From the NCBI GenBank assembly GCA_903892635.1, contig CAITJH010000086.1, positions 36,227-100,226 of the forward strand: a stretch of DNA of 64,000 bases, in the 5' to 3' direction. Under the pieces are notes generated by a model. The model saw only the letters and a program-made list of their open reading frames with translations, ran no database searches and had not been told where the DNA came from. This DNA comes from an uncultured Actinomycetes bacterium (GTDB lineage: Bacteria > Actinomycetota > Actinomycetes > S36-B12 > UBA5976). Below, piece after piece: positions 9,286-19,121 of the stretch. The number at the start of each line of letters is the position of its first letter. Positions within the stretch are counted from its first letter, which is position 1. The translations under genes and the position numbers were made by a program.

Positions 9286-10991
9286 CACTTCTCGATAAAC
9301 CAGTAGACGCAGCAAGTTTTGCGCCGTTGCCGCAGCGTAAGAAGCCTCTAGGTCGTCGAATCGCTGGATGGATCACGAGCACTGATCACAAGGTGATCGG
9401 CAATCTATACCTCGTTACTTCATTCACGTTCTTCATCATCGCTGGTGCCTTGGCTCTTGTAATGCGTGCCGAACTAGCGCAACCGGGATTACAGTTCGTT
9501 TCCGACGAACAGTACAACCAGTTGTTCACAATGCACGGAACTCTCATGCTGTTCCTCTTTGCGACGTCATTGTTTGCTGGTTTTGCCAACGCATTGATGC
9601 CGCTACAAATTGGCGCGCCTGACGTAGCCTTTCCACGTCTGAACATGATCAGTTACTGGTTCTACTTCTTCGGTGGCTTGATCGTTACGTTCGGATTTTT
9701 GACACCTGGTGGAGCAGCCAGCTTCGGTTGGTTTGCTTATGCACCATTGTCGAACGTTGTGAACTCACCAAACGTTGGTTCGGATCTGTGGATTCTTGGA
9801 CTAACTCTCGGTGGCTTGGCATCCATCTTTGGTGCAGTTAACTTCATTACAACTATCTTCACGATGCGTGCTCCTGGTATGACCATGTTCCGCATGCCAG
9901 TGTTCACATGGAACGTACTGTTGACATCAGTTCTGATTCTGCTAGCTTTCCCTGTTCTTGCAGCAGCTATGTTGATGTTGGAAGCCGACCGAAAATTCGG
10001 TGCGCACGTTTACGATGCAGCAAATGGCGGTCCGATCTTGTGGCAACACTTGTTCTGGTTCTTTGGTCATCCTGAGGTTTACATCCTCGCATTGCCGTTC
10101 TTCGGTATCGCAACTGAAATTTTGCCGGTATTTAGCCGCAAGCCAATCTTTGGGTACAAGGGATTGGTATTTGCAACCATCGCTATTGCAGGTCTGTCAG
10201 TAGCAGTATGGGCTCACCACATGTACGTCACTGGTGCGGTCAACTTGCCGTTCTTTAGTTTTATGACGATGTTGATTGCGGTACCGACTGGCGTGAAGTT
10301 CTTCAACTGGATCGGAACGATGTGGGGAGGCTCGGTTTCATTTGAGACTCCCATGCTCTGGACGATTGGCTTCTTAGCAACCTTCTTGTTCGGTGGCATC
10401 ACCGGCATCATGCTCGCAGCTCCACCAATCGACTTCCATGTCAGTGACTCATACTTCGTTGTTGCACACTTCCATTACGTGCTGTTTGGAACTGTGGTCT
10501 TTGCGATGTTTGCTGGTTTCTACTTCTGGTGGCCAAAACTGACTGGCAAGATGCTTGACGAAAAACTCGGCAAGATCCATTTCTGGCTAGTGTTCTTCGG
10601 TTTCCACACAACCTTCCTTGTGCAGCACTGGCTCGGTGTTCAAGGTATGCCGCGTCGCTACGCTGATTACCTTGCTAGCGATGGTTTTACCACGTTGAAC
10701 ATGGTCTCCACCATCGGTTCGTTTGTACTTGGTGCATCGTCATTCGTGTTCTTCTATAACGTGTACAAGACCACTAAGTACGCGCCACTGGTAACTGTTG
10801 ATGATCCATGGGGCTGGGGTAACTCGCTTGAATGGGCAACATCATGCCCACCTCCTCGCCACAATTTCACTTCGATTCCACGCATTCGTAGTGAACGCCC
10901 AGCCTTTGACCTGCATCATCCAGAAGTAGAAAACCTCGATGTTGCAACACGCGAACAAATCGTTTCTCATGTCACAGGAGGACACAACTAA
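9282..10991 (+). CDS. ctaD: Cytochrome c oxidase subunit I
   Basis: 569 aa with [16 protein letters not shown] and HFHYV heme/CuB ligand contexts. 4-nt overlap with ctaC. Confidence 0.97.
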   Translation: MTLLDKPVDAASFAPLPQRKKPLGRRIAGWITSTDHKVIGNLYLVTSFTFFIIAGALALVMRAELAQPGLQFVSDEQYNQLFTMHGTLMLFLFATSLFAGFANALMPLQIGAPDVAFPRLNMISYWFYFFGGLIVTFGFLTPGGAASFGWFAYAPLSNVVNSPNVGSDLWILGLTLGGLASIFGAVNFITTIFTMRAPGMTMFRMPVFTWNVLLTSVLILLAFPVLAAAMLMLEADRKFGAHVYDAANGGPILWQHLFWFFGHPEVYILALPFFGIATEILPVFSRKPIFGYKGLVFATIAIAGLSVAVWAHHMYVTGAVNLPFFSFMTMLIAVPTGVKFFNWIGTMWGGSVSFETPMLWTIGFLATFLFGGITGIMLAAPPIDFHVSDSYFVVAHFHYVLFGTVVFAMFAGFYFWWPKLTGKMLDEKLGKIHFWLVFFGFHTTFLVQHWLGVQGMPRRYADYLASDGFTTLNMVSTIGSFVLGASSFVFFYNVYKTTKYAPLVTVDDPWGWGNSLEWATSCPPPRHNFTSIPRIRSERPAFDLHHPEVENLDVATREQIVSHVTGGHN

Positions 10992-11386
10992 TGAAAATTG
11001 GTGGCAAACTCTTTGCATGGGCCAGCGTGCTCTACTTCGGTATCGCAACCGTTTATGGATTCATGTCGCATGATCCGATCGGAACTACAGCAATTGCTAT
11101 GTCTGGTGCATTGGCGTTCTTAGTGGCTTTCTACATGCTTTTCACCGCAAAGCGTGTTGGAGATCTTCCAGAAGACAATGAAGTAGCACGTATCGAAGAT
11201 GCCGATAGTGATTACGGATTCTTCTCGCCACATTCAATGTGGCCATTTGCTATGGGTCTGTCGAGCTTCTTGTTCGTTATGGGATTTGTCTTTGCTAACT
11301 GGCTAGCCGTTATCGGTGTGCTTGCATTGCTGTTCTCAATCTTTGGCTTGTTGTTCGAGTACTACCGCGGCGACTTCGCCAGTTAG
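10991..11386 (+). CDS. ctaF: Cytochrome c oxidase subunit IV (actinobacterial CtaF)
   Basis: 131 aa, 4-TM protein translationally coupled to ctaD (TAATG). Size and position match CtaF. Confidence 0.75.
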   Translation: MKIGGKLFAWASVLYFGIATVYGFMSHDPIGTTAIAMSGALAFLVAFYMLFTAKRVGDLPEDNEVARIEDADSDYGFFSPHSMWPFAMGLSSFLFVMGFVFANWLAVIGVLALLFSIFGLLFEYYRGDFAS

Positions 11387-11389
11387 TCA

Positions 11390-12577
11390 ATGAAGTCTGC
11401 GCGGCTGGCGGTCGCCACTTTTGCCGGCAATTGCGCAGGCTGGGCCTCGCAAGTTGCTGGGCGCGGTCGTGGCGAAACTATCCGCGGGAGAGTGCTACTT
11501 GCAGTTGACCCTTCCGCACTTAGCAAGTTAGCTGCTAACCGCGACATTGTGCTTGTCAGTGGTACAAACGGTAAAACGACGACAACAGCGAATCTGGCCA
11601 AGATTTTGGCCGACGGCACAGATGAATCTGTCAGCACAAGTGAATTTGGTGCCAACATGACAGCAGGTATCGCCTCTGTCCTGATGCAACAGCCTGCTCA
11701 TCGTCTCGTGGTTCTGGAATGCGATGAACTCTATTTGCCGGCCATGTATGACGCTTTAAAGCCGAAGGTAATTGTGCTCTTGAACCTGTCACGGGATCAA
11801 CTGCATCGCACTGGCGAAGTACGCAAAATTGCCAATCTTTGGCAAAACACGTTCACTGGGGATGATGTCACTTTAGTTATTGACCGTGATGACCCCTTCC
11901 TAGAATTTGCTGCAAATCAGGCAGGACACGTGCTTCGTGTGAGCTTTGGTGGTCGACGTCATCCGGACGCTGCTACCTGTCCGCAATGTGCCAATCTTTT
12001 GGATTGGACTACCGGTGATTATGCGTGCAACTGTGGTCTGGGATCAACTCTTGCTCAAGTGCGCGCCGATCATCGACTGAACGGTCCAGCAAGAAACACT
12101 GTGTTGGCCATCGAAGCAGCTCGATTGATGGGAGCGATCGTTCCAGTTGAATTGGCAAGCGATCTCACCGCGCAGGCTCCTGATCGAATCGCGAAGTATG
12201 ACGTTTCTGGAGTGTCAGTACCGACTCGGTTGGCCAAGAATCCTGAAAGTTGGCGTGGAGCCTTGGCTGGAATCACCGCATCAAATGTCATCTTGAGCGT
12301 CAACGCTAGGGGAATAGACGGTCTCGATACGTCGTGGTTATGGGATGTCGATTACAGTCCTCTGAAAGGCAAGACTGTCATTTGTACTGGCCAACGACGG
12401 CTAGACGCTGCCTACCGTTTAAGCGTGCAAGGAATTGCCGTAGAGGTGGCACAAGACTTCGCTCATGCAGTCGAGATTGCTGGCTCTGATGTTGAGGCAA
12501 TTGCTAGTTACACGGCTTTTCAAGACCTAGCGGCGGCTCAACTAGGGATCAAAGGCGCTACAGGTGGTCGCTCATGA
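11390..12577 (+). CDS. murT: Lipid II isoglutaminyl synthase, Mur-ligase-like subunit
   Basis: P-loop VSGTNGKTTT, Cys-rich ribbon CPQCANLLDW..YACNCG and a DUF1727-like C-terminus. Overlaps the gatD partner by 4 nt. Confidence 0.85.
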   Translation: MKSARLAVATFAGNCAGWASQVAGRGRGETIRGRVLLAVDPSALSKLAANRDIVLVSGTNGKTTTTANLAKILADGTDESVSTSEFGANMTAGIASVLMQQPAHRLVVLECDELYLPAMYDALKPKVIVLLNLSRDQLHRTGEVRKIANLWQNTFTGDDVTLVIDRDDPFLEFAANQAGHVLRVSFGGRRHPDAATCPQCANLLDWTTGDYACNCGLGSTLAQVRADHRLNGPARNTVLAIEAARLMGAIVPVELASDLTAQAPDRIAKYDVSGVSVPTRLAKNPESWRGALAGITASNVILSVNARGIDGLDTSWLWDVDYSPLKGKTVICTGQRRLDAAYRLSVQGIAVEVAQDFAHAVEIAGSDVEAIASYTAFQDLAAAQLGIKGATGGRS

Positions 12578-13293
12578 GTTTGACGATAGTGCGGCTTTAT
12601 CACGATCTTCTAGGCACTTATGGAGATCAGGGAAACGCGGAAGTGTTGGTGCATCGTGCACAAGCTCGAGGAATTGATGTCGAGCTCGTTGAAGTAACTC
12701 CGCACGAGCCTGTGCCAACAAGCGGCGACATCTACCTGTTGGGTGGTGGCGAGGATGGGCCGCAAACAGTTGCGTTAGAAATGCTTCGCACTGATGGTGG
12801 ATTAACAGCTGCGGTTAACTCGGGAGCTTCGGTCTTTGCGGTCTGTGCTGGATTTCAATTAATTGGCACACGATTACCAAATTCGCAAGGCCGAACAATC
12901 GATGGACTGGGGCTTGTGGATGTCGAGACTATCTATACCGACGAGCCTCGGTGTGTTGGAGAGCTAGTCATTCGCTATAGCCAGACCATAACCCAGCCCA
13001 TCATGACTGGGTTTGAAAATCATCAAGGTCGCTCGGTACTCGGCGCTGGAGTAACTCCACTTGGTCATGTGCTGTCGGGAATTGGCAATGGGCGTGACGG
13101 AGTTGATTGCGTTCGGCCTGAAGGTGTTCATGTCGCAAAGGTGTTCGGTACCTACATGCATGGTCCGGCACTCGTGCGTAATCCTGCGCTTGCTGATGCA
13201 GTACTCGAAGGGGCATGTGGGCCACTCGCAGAGTATGTCGATGAATTTGCTGAGGCGTTAGCGGCAGAACGCCGAACCACTTTGTGGCCTTGA
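12574..13293 (+). CDS. gatD: Lipid II isoglutaminyl synthase, glutaminase subunit (CobB/CobQ-type GATase)
   Basis: Nucleophile context FAVCAGFQL and YMHGP. Paired with murT. Confidence 0.85.
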   Translation: MSLTIVRLYHDLLGTYGDQGNAEVLVHRAQARGIDVELVEVTPHEPVPTSGDIYLLGGGEDGPQTVALEMLRTDGGLTAAVNSGASVFAVCAGFQLIGTRLPNSQGRTIDGLGLVDVETIYTDEPRCVGELVIRYSQTITQPIMTGFENHQGRSVLGAGVTPLGHVLSGIGNGRDGVDCVRPEGVHVAKVFGTYMHGPALVRNPALADAVLEGACGPLAEYVDEFAEALAAERRTTLWP

Positions 13294-13340
13294 GGCGTGT
13301 AACAAGCGGGCACGTGGTTGTCAGCGAAATATAAGGAAAT

Positions 13341-13374
13341 AAGTAATGCCCCCACCGAAGTAGGGGCATTACTT
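13341..13374. terminator. Bidirectional hairpin between convergent gatD and qcrB
   Basis: Perfect 12-bp stem AAGTAATGCCCC / GGGGCATTACTT with a 10-nt loop, flanked by A/T-rich sequence on both sides. Confidence 0.7.
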
Positions 13375-13383
13375 GATATGAAC

Positions 13384-15042
13384 TTAATGCGCTGAGATCT
13401 CTTCGTGGCTGCTGCCATGAACTGCGTGAGATTCTGCTTCAGCAAGCTCTTGCGCGCTTGGGGCTGCAACGTTGTCGGCGTAGAACCATGCTGACAAACG
13501 TGTGCGTGCCTTTTCCTTACGGGCTGCTGGATTCTCGACACCGTTAGCGTCGATTGCAGGAGCAGCCGGAAGCGGTGCAATGTCTGCCTTGCCCATGAGC
13601 ACAGCCTTCTCTTCAAGAGAAACAGGCTTGTGAATCTCAATGAATTCACCATGCGGCAGGCGTAAAACCTCACCCGATTCGTAACCATGAAGCAACAGCT
13701 CGCGATCCTTGCGCTGCAAGCCCAAGCAGAAGTGCTTGGTGACCTTGTAGGCAATTGGTGGAACAACGAAGATTGCAATACGCAACGTTTGGGTGATCTG
13801 GTTAATCGACAAGTGGAACGCAGTAGCGATGATGTCGTTATCTCCAGAGAACCACAGCATGAGGTAGAAGCTGATTGCCATGACACCAAGAGCGGTACGT
13901 GTTGGAGCGTTACGAGGACGATCCAAGAGGTTGTGCTCGCGCTTGTCGCCAGAAGCGAACGCTTCGATCCATGGGTACAGACCAAGCGAGGTGAACATGA
14001 TTCCTGGAATGACCAAAGCCGGGACAAGTAGGTTCCAGCTGATGGTGTGACCAAGGATGTTGGTTTCCAAGTTAGGCATGATACGAACCGCGCCGTCGAG
14101 CCAGCCCATGTACCAGTCAGGCTGTGAGCCTGCTGTGACTTGTGAAGGCGTGTAAGGACCGTAAAGCCAAATTGGGTTGATTGCTACAAGGGCTGAGATC
14201 AGAGTAGTAACACCAAAGACGATGAAGAAGAAGCCGCCAGCTTTAGCCATGTAAATAGGGTAGAGGCGGAAACCGACAACGTTGCTTTCAGTGCGACCAG
14301 CACCTGGGAACTGGGTGTGCTTTTGGTAGAACACCATGATCAAGTGGACAGTCACAAGCGCCAACAGGATTCCTGGGATCAGCAAAATATGAACTGAATA
14401 CAGACGCGAGATGAAGTCATTTCCGGGGAATTCTCCGCCGAAGAGGAACATCGCAAGATAAGTGCCGACAAGCGGGATCGCCTGCATGATGCCTTCAGCG
14501 ATGCGAAGACCCGTTCCAGAAAGCAGGTCATCAGGTAGTGAGTAGCCAGCAAAACCTTCAAGAATCCCTAAGGTCAACAGAACTGTACCAATGACCCAGT
14601 TCATTTCGCGAGGCTTGCGGAATGCTCCTGTGAAGAAAACACGCATCAAGTGAACTGACATCGCAGCAAGGAAGAACAAGGCTGCCCAGTGATGAATTTG
14701 GCGCATCAAGAGGCCAGCACGAACGTCGAACGAAATGTTCAATGTCGATGCGTAAGCCTCGGACATTTTGATGCCCTTAAGTGGCATGTAAGAACCGTTG
14801 TAAATAACTTCGGTCATAGAAGGCTTAAACCACAAGGTCAGGTATGTTCCCGAGAGCAACAAGATGATGAAGCTGTAGAGAGCTACTTCACCCAGCATGA
14901 ATGACCAGTGGTCGGGGAATACCTTCTTGAGAAGTTTGCTGAGACCGCCCGATGCATGAAGGCGATCATCAACCCAACTTGCTGCACCACCTGGCGCAAC
15001 AGTGTTATTGGTAGGTGTTACGGTGCTCATCCGCGCTCCCAA
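13384..15042 (-). CDS. qcrB: Cytochrome bc1 (bcc) complex cytochrome b subunit
   Basis: 552 aa polytopic protein with the long C-terminal extension typical of actinobacterial QcrB. Last gene of qcrCAB. Confidence 0.95.
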   Translation of the reverse strand: MGARMSTVTPTNNTVAPGGAASWVDDRLHASGGLSKLLKKVFPDHWSFMLGEVALYSFIILLLSGTYLTLWFKPSMTEVIYNGSYMPLKGIKMSEAYASTLNISFDVRAGLLMRQIHHWAALFFLAAMSVHLMRVFFTGAFRKPREMNWVIGTVLLTLGILEGFAGYSLPDDLLSGTGLRIAEGIMQAIPLVGTYLAMFLFGGEFPGNDFISRLYSVHILLIPGILLALVTVHLIMVFYQKHTQFPGAGRTESNVVGFRLYPIYMAKAGGFFFIVFGVTTLISALVAINPIWLYGPYTPSQVTAGSQPDWYMGWLDGAVRIMPNLETNILGHTISWNLLVPALVIPGIMFTSLGLYPWIEAFASGDKREHNLLDRPRNAPTRTALGVMAISFYLMLWFSGDNDIIATAFHLSINQITQTLRIAIFVVPPIAYKVTKHFCLGLQRKDRELLLHGYESGEVLRLPHGEFIEIHKPVSLEEKAVLMGKADIAPLPAAPAIDANGVENPAARKEKARTRLSAWFYADNVAAPSAQELAEAESHAVHGSSHEEISAH

Positions 15043-16064
15043 AAGCTAGGTCCGATTGGTTCATGGAAATCACTTTGAGCAACGAGATATCCGTCTGCAT
15101 CAACTGTGATTGGTAGTTGTGGCATACGACGCGCAGCTGGGCCGAAAACAACATTTCCGGAGTCTGCTAAGTCGAATGTCGATTGGTGACATGGGCACAA
15201 CAGGTGATGTGTGCGCTGTTGGTACAGCGAGATAGGGCAACCAACGTGCGTACAAATCTTTGAGTACGCCAAGATTCCTTGGTAATCCCAGCCTTCACCT
15301 TGTTGTGAAACAATTTCAGCGGGAGCGATGCGAACCAAGATGATTGACGCCTTGCCACGAGCATTGAGGTTGCCGTCTTGTTCTTCAACATCAAGCAAGT
15401 TGGCAGGAACAGCGTTAACCAAACCACCAACTGGAATGTCCTCAGGGCGAATCTTGCGGTAGGTCGCATCCGTCACAATGGCGATGTCTTTGGCCCAAAT
15501 GGTTTCGCGCAATTTAGTTCCTGGCATAGGGCCAAGATCGCGAAGGAAAACTAGCAAGGGGAGTGGAAACAGAGCCATTGCACCGAGCAAAGTGCGGCGA
15601 ATGAGTTTGAACTCGCTAAAACCTGAAGCCTGCTTTCCTTCGCGGAAAGTTTCGCCAAAAGCAGCCTTATCTTCAGGACTCGATGTGTAGGTGTGACGCT
15701 CTTCAGTTACTTCAACATCTGGCATCAACTTCTTGGCCCAGTGAATTGCACCGGTACCGATGAGGAAAATTCCCAGTCCAAAAAGTACGCCAACCGTGAC
15801 GTGATTGGCATTGACTGGGCCGATCGGTGGAATGTAAACGAGCTTGTCGTTTGGTACCACGATGTAGCAGGTGATGGCACCAATGATTGATAGAGCTGAG
15901 ATGCCAAACATCGTTGCCACTTGGCGTTCAGCGCGCTTTGCAACCTTTGGATCTAAGTCGGCACGACGAGGTTCGTGGTGTCCAAGAGGGTAAACCGGAA
16001 GGCCACTGACGACGTCAATGCCATCCTTGCTACCAATGAGCTCGTTACTAGTTAGTTCGTTCAT
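15027..16064 (-). CDS. qcrA: Rieske iron-sulfur subunit of the bcc complex
   Basis: 2Fe-2S boxes CTHVGCP and CPCHQSTF, plus three N-terminal TM helices. The start at 16064 gives an ATGA overlap with the qcrC stop. The longer ORF reaches 16085. Confidence 0.93.
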   Translation of the reverse strand: MNELTSNELIGSKDGIDVVSGLPVYPLGHHEPRRADLDPKVAKRAERQVATMFGISALSIIGAITCYIVVPNDKLVYIPPIGPVNANHVTVGVLFGLGIFLIGTGAIHWAKKLMPDVEVTEERHTYTSSPEDKAAFGETFREGKQASGFSEFKLIRRTLLGAMALFPLPLLVFLRDLGPMPGTKLRETIWAKDIAIVTDATYRKIRPEDIPVGGLVNAVPANLLDVEEQDGNLNARGKASIILVRIAPAEIVSQQGEGWDYQGILAYSKICTHVGCPISLYQQRTHHLLCPCHQSTFDLADSGNVVFGPAARRMPQLPITVDADGYLVAQSDFHEPIGPSFWERG

Positions 16065-16837
16065 CGCGCCTTTGCTCCGATCCACACGGAAATTACGATC
16101 AAAATTCCAAGTCCCACAAGGAAAATAAATACACCTTCGGTTACTGGACCGAAGCGACCGAGATCGGCTCCGCCAGGATTATTGGACTTTTGAAGCTCTT
16201 GAATGTAGCGAATAATATCTTTCTTTTCCTGTGGAGTAATTGTCTTATCGCTGAAAACCGGCATATTTTGAGGACCAGTAATCATCGCTTCGACAACTTC
16301 CTTGGGTTCAGATGACATCAAATTTGGTGCCCAACGTCCGTTGGAAAGTGCACCACCGCGTCCAGCTACGTTGTGACATTGCGAGCAGTTTGTGCGGAAT
16401 AGTTCACCGCCAAGTACGACATCTGCATTGGTGGTGTCTACAGCTTCATCACTTGGAATCGCAGGACCGGCACCCAAACTTGCTACGTAGGCAGCCATTG
16501 CCGCGATTTCTTCTTCCGAGTAAACCGGTGGCTTGTCTACGGCTTGAATGTTTGGACCAGCCAGCGGCATACGACCCGAACCCACTTGGAAATCTACTGC
16601 TGCAGCTCCGACTCCGATGAGTGACGGACCGTTGCTTGAACCTTGGGCAGCAACACCATGGCATGATGAGCAACCTTCGAGGAAAAGTTGCTTGCCTTGA
16701 TCAACTTGTGTTGCCGATGCAACGCTTGCCTTGGGGGCAGTGTCAGTACTGACTGCTGCGTAAGCTGCGCCGGTTGTTCCCAGTGCGACAAACAACACCG
16801 CAAAGAGTGCTGCTGGATGTCTACGACTTAGTGCCAC
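16061..16837 (-). CDS. qcrC: Diheme cytochrome c subunit of the bcc complex
   Basis: Two CxxCH motifs (CSSCHG, CSQCHN) and a C-terminal TM anchor. Confidence 0.93.
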   Translation of the reverse strand: MALSRRHPAALFAVLFVALGTTGAAYAAVSTDTAPKASVASATQVDQGKQLFLEGCSSCHGVAAQGSSNGPSLIGVGAAAVDFQVGSGRMPLAGPNIQAVDKPPVYSEEEIAAMAAYVASLGAGPAIPSDEAVDTTNADVVLGGELFRTNCSQCHNVAGRGGALSNGRWAPNLMSSEPKEVVEAMITGPQNMPVFSDKTITPQEKKDIIRYIQELQKSNNPGGADLGRFGPVTEGVFIFLVGLGILIVISVWIGAKAR

Positions 16838-16876
16838 TGTAGGTGATATCCGTTCTTAGTAGTTAGCGTAAAAAGG

Positions 16877-17476
16877 TTATTTGATCAGGTAAATCGTTGC
16901 GAAAAGTGCGATCCAGACAACGTCAACGAAGTGCCAGTAGTAAGACACGACGATTGCAGAGGTTGCCATGTTGTGGGTGAATGCTTTTCCAGAATACGTA
17001 CGACCCAAGACGTAAAGGAAAGCGATCAGACCGCCGGTCACGTGAAGACCGTGGAAACCAGTTGTTAAGTAAAACGCTGTTCCGTATGCATCGGAATTCA
17101 GTGTCACGCCTTCAACGCGAACCAACTTTGCGTATTCCGCAATTTGTCCACCAATGAAGAATGCACCCATGAGGAATGTGATCGTGAACCACTTGCGCAG
17201 ACCCTTGACGTCGCCACGTTCAGCTGCGAATACTCCGAGCTGACACGTTACTGATGATAGAACCAGAACTGTCGTGTTAACGGCGGCGAATGGAATATTG
17301 AGCTTTTCTGTTTGATCTGCCCAAACTCCAGGGTTGACCGAGCGAAGCGTGAAGTACATCGCAAAGAGTGCTGCGAAAAACATGAGCTCGCTCGAGAGCC
17401 ACACGATGGTTCCAACGGACACCATATTTGGGCGCTCGGCATGGGTAGGTACTCGTACTGAAGTTGTTGTCGTCAC
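16877..17476 (-). CDS. ctaE: Cytochrome c oxidase subunit III
   Basis: 199 aa, 5 TM, C-terminal [10 protein letters not shown] motif. Lies upstream of qcrCAB as in other actinobacteria. Confidence 0.93.
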   Translation of the reverse strand: MTTTTSVRVPTHAERPNMVSVGTIVWLSSELMFFAALFAMYFTLRSVNPGVWADQTEKLNIPFAAVNTTVLVLSSVTCQLGVFAAERGDVKGLRKWFTITFLMGAFFIGGQIAEYAKLVRVEGVTLNSDAYGTAFYLTTGFHGLHVTGGLIAFLYVLGRTYSGKAFTHNMATSAIVVSYYWHFVDVVWIALFATIYLIK

Positions 17477-17616
17477 ACCCCGAGTTTAGTGGTATTTGGG
17501 GTGTGAATGACGGCTGGAGCCCAGTAATTAATAGCCAATGTGACTTACTTAACGAGTCACAAGTTCACACGAGATCAGGTTCGCGAGAACGCCATTTTCT
17601 GGGCTAATCTAGAGCC

Positions 17617-18027
17617 GTGGAAAACGCTCAAAGAGTACTCAAGGTTTTGGTTTATAGCGACGACCAGACGGTTCGTGCCGCCGTTCGAACTGCACTGGGT
17701 CGCAAGCCTTCTGCGGACATCAGCGATGTAGACATTTTCGAGTGTGCCACCGAGCCAGCTGTAATTGCGGCCGTGGATTCAAGGCCTTTTGATTTGATCA
17801 TTCTTGACGGAGAAGCTGTCCCAGTTGGCGGTATGGGTGTTGCTCGCCAATTGCGCGACGAAATTTACAACCTTGCGCCAGTTTTGTTGATCGTAGGCCG
17901 TGCTGCAGACCAGTGGTTAGCCACATGGTCTGGTGCCGAAGCGGTCATCTCACACCCAATCGATCCACGTGCGCTCGTCAAGGCAGCAATTGACCTGCTC
18001 AATGCTCGTAACGCTGTAACCGGTTAA
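17617..18027 (+). CDS. Stand-alone receiver-like domain protein (atypical)
   Basis: GTG start. CheY-like pattern VLVYSDD...DLIILDGE...PVLLIVG...AVISHPIDP. The acidic pocket and phospho-Asp position are present. The conserved T/S and K positions read G and H. Confidence 0.65.
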   Translation: MENAQRVLKVLVYSDDQTVRAAVRTALGRKPSADISDVDIFECATEPAVIAAVDSRPFDLIILDGEAVPVGGMGVARQLRDEIYNLAPVLLIVGRAADQWLATWSGAEAVISHPIDPRALVKAAIDLLNARNAVTG

Positions 18028-18032
18028 TTTTT

Positions 18033-19121
18033 ATGTCCGAGTTTTCGTGGAAAGAAGCGCTCGGCCTCATTTCTTCTGGCACTGATCTGTCTGACGATCA
18101 ATCCTTCTGGGCGATGGACCAGATCATGTCTGGAACAGCTACGCCGGCACAAATTGCGGGCTTTGCAGTGGGTCTTCGAGCCAAGGGCGAAAGCACTGCC
18201 GAAATTGTCGGCATGGTCCGAGCTATCCTGAGCAATGCTGTGACCGTTTCTTTGGCATCACCAGCTGTTGATATTGTCGGTACTGGCGGAGACGGCGCTC
18301 ATACCGTCAATGTTTCAACGATGGCTTCTCTTGTCGTGGCAGGCGCATCCGTACCAGTTCTTAAGCACGGTAATCGCGCGATTTCATCAAAGGCCGGTAC
18401 AGCCGATGTGCTTGAGGCGCTCGGCGTTGCTATTGCCATGCCACCGGAACTTGTATCCGCATGTGTTGCTGATGCTGGATTTGGCTTTTGCTTTGCTCCT
18501 GCACATCATCCAGGATTTCGACATGCAGGCCCAGTTCGAAAAGAACTCGGCATCCCAACCATCTTTAACGTATTAGGGCCACTGTGTAACCCAGGACAAC
18601 CACCAGCCTCGTTGCTCGGGTGTGCTGATCTGCGACTTGCACCTGTCTTGGCGCAAGTTCAACAGGCTCGAGGATTCAAGTCAATAGTTGTTCGAAGCGA
18701 TGAAGGACTCGACGAATTATCGACCAATGGCACATCACAGGTATGGGACGTGACGACCTCGGAAATTCGACACATCGTGTTCGATCCTTCGGTTCTCGGA
18801 TTGATTCCGGCCAGCCTTGAACAGCTTCGCGGTGGCGAAGCTGATTTCAATGCACAAGTTGTGGTTGATGTTCTCAACGGTCGTACTGACGGAAATCTTG
18901 CTGCCATACGTGACGTAGTGGCGCTTAATGCCGCTGCGGCTCTAGTTGCGTTTGATTCATTAGGTCCCGAATTTCAATTCGGCGAACCGTCAGATTCGTT
19001 TACCCGTCGTGTGGCTCGTGCATTGCCGGTTGCTTATCAATCGATTGATACCGGTTCAGCACTATCTGTACTTGAAGTACTGGCATCTGTAAGCCAACGT
19101 CTTGCCATATCTGCACTGTAA
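18033..19121 (+). CDS. trpD: Anthranilate phosphoribosyltransferase
   Basis: VDIVGTGGDGAHTVNVST and KHGNRA motifs. 362 aa. Confidence 0.95.
   Translation: MSEFSWKEALGLISSGTDLSDDQSFWAMDQIMSGTATPAQIAGFAVGLRAKGESTAEIVGMVRAILSNAVTVSLASPAVDIVGTGGDGAHTVNVSTMASLVVAGASVPVLKHGNRAISSKAGTADVLEALGVAIAMPPELVSACVADAGFGFCFAPAHHPGFRHAGPVRKELGIPTIFNVLGPLCNPGQPPASLLGCADLRLAPVLAQVQQARGFKSIVVRSDEGLDELSTNGTSQVWDVTTSEIRHIVFDPSVLGLIPASLEQLRGGEADFNAQVVVDVLNGRTDGNLAAIRDVVALNAAAALVAFDSLGPEFQFGEPSDSFTRRVARALPVAYQSIDTGSALSVLEVLASVSQRLAISAL

Noticed and set aside
13152-14054. 300-aa minus-strand ORF overlapping qcrB in another frame
   Set aside because: It lies inside the well-supported qcrB frame. The product is Ser/Leu/Arg/Cys-rich, with no motifs and no RBS context. 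It is an off-frame artefact.
17539-17561. CRP/FNR-family binding site
   Set aside because: The TGTGA and TCACA half-sites are separated by 13 nt rather than the canonical 6. I report it only as a generic inverted repeat.
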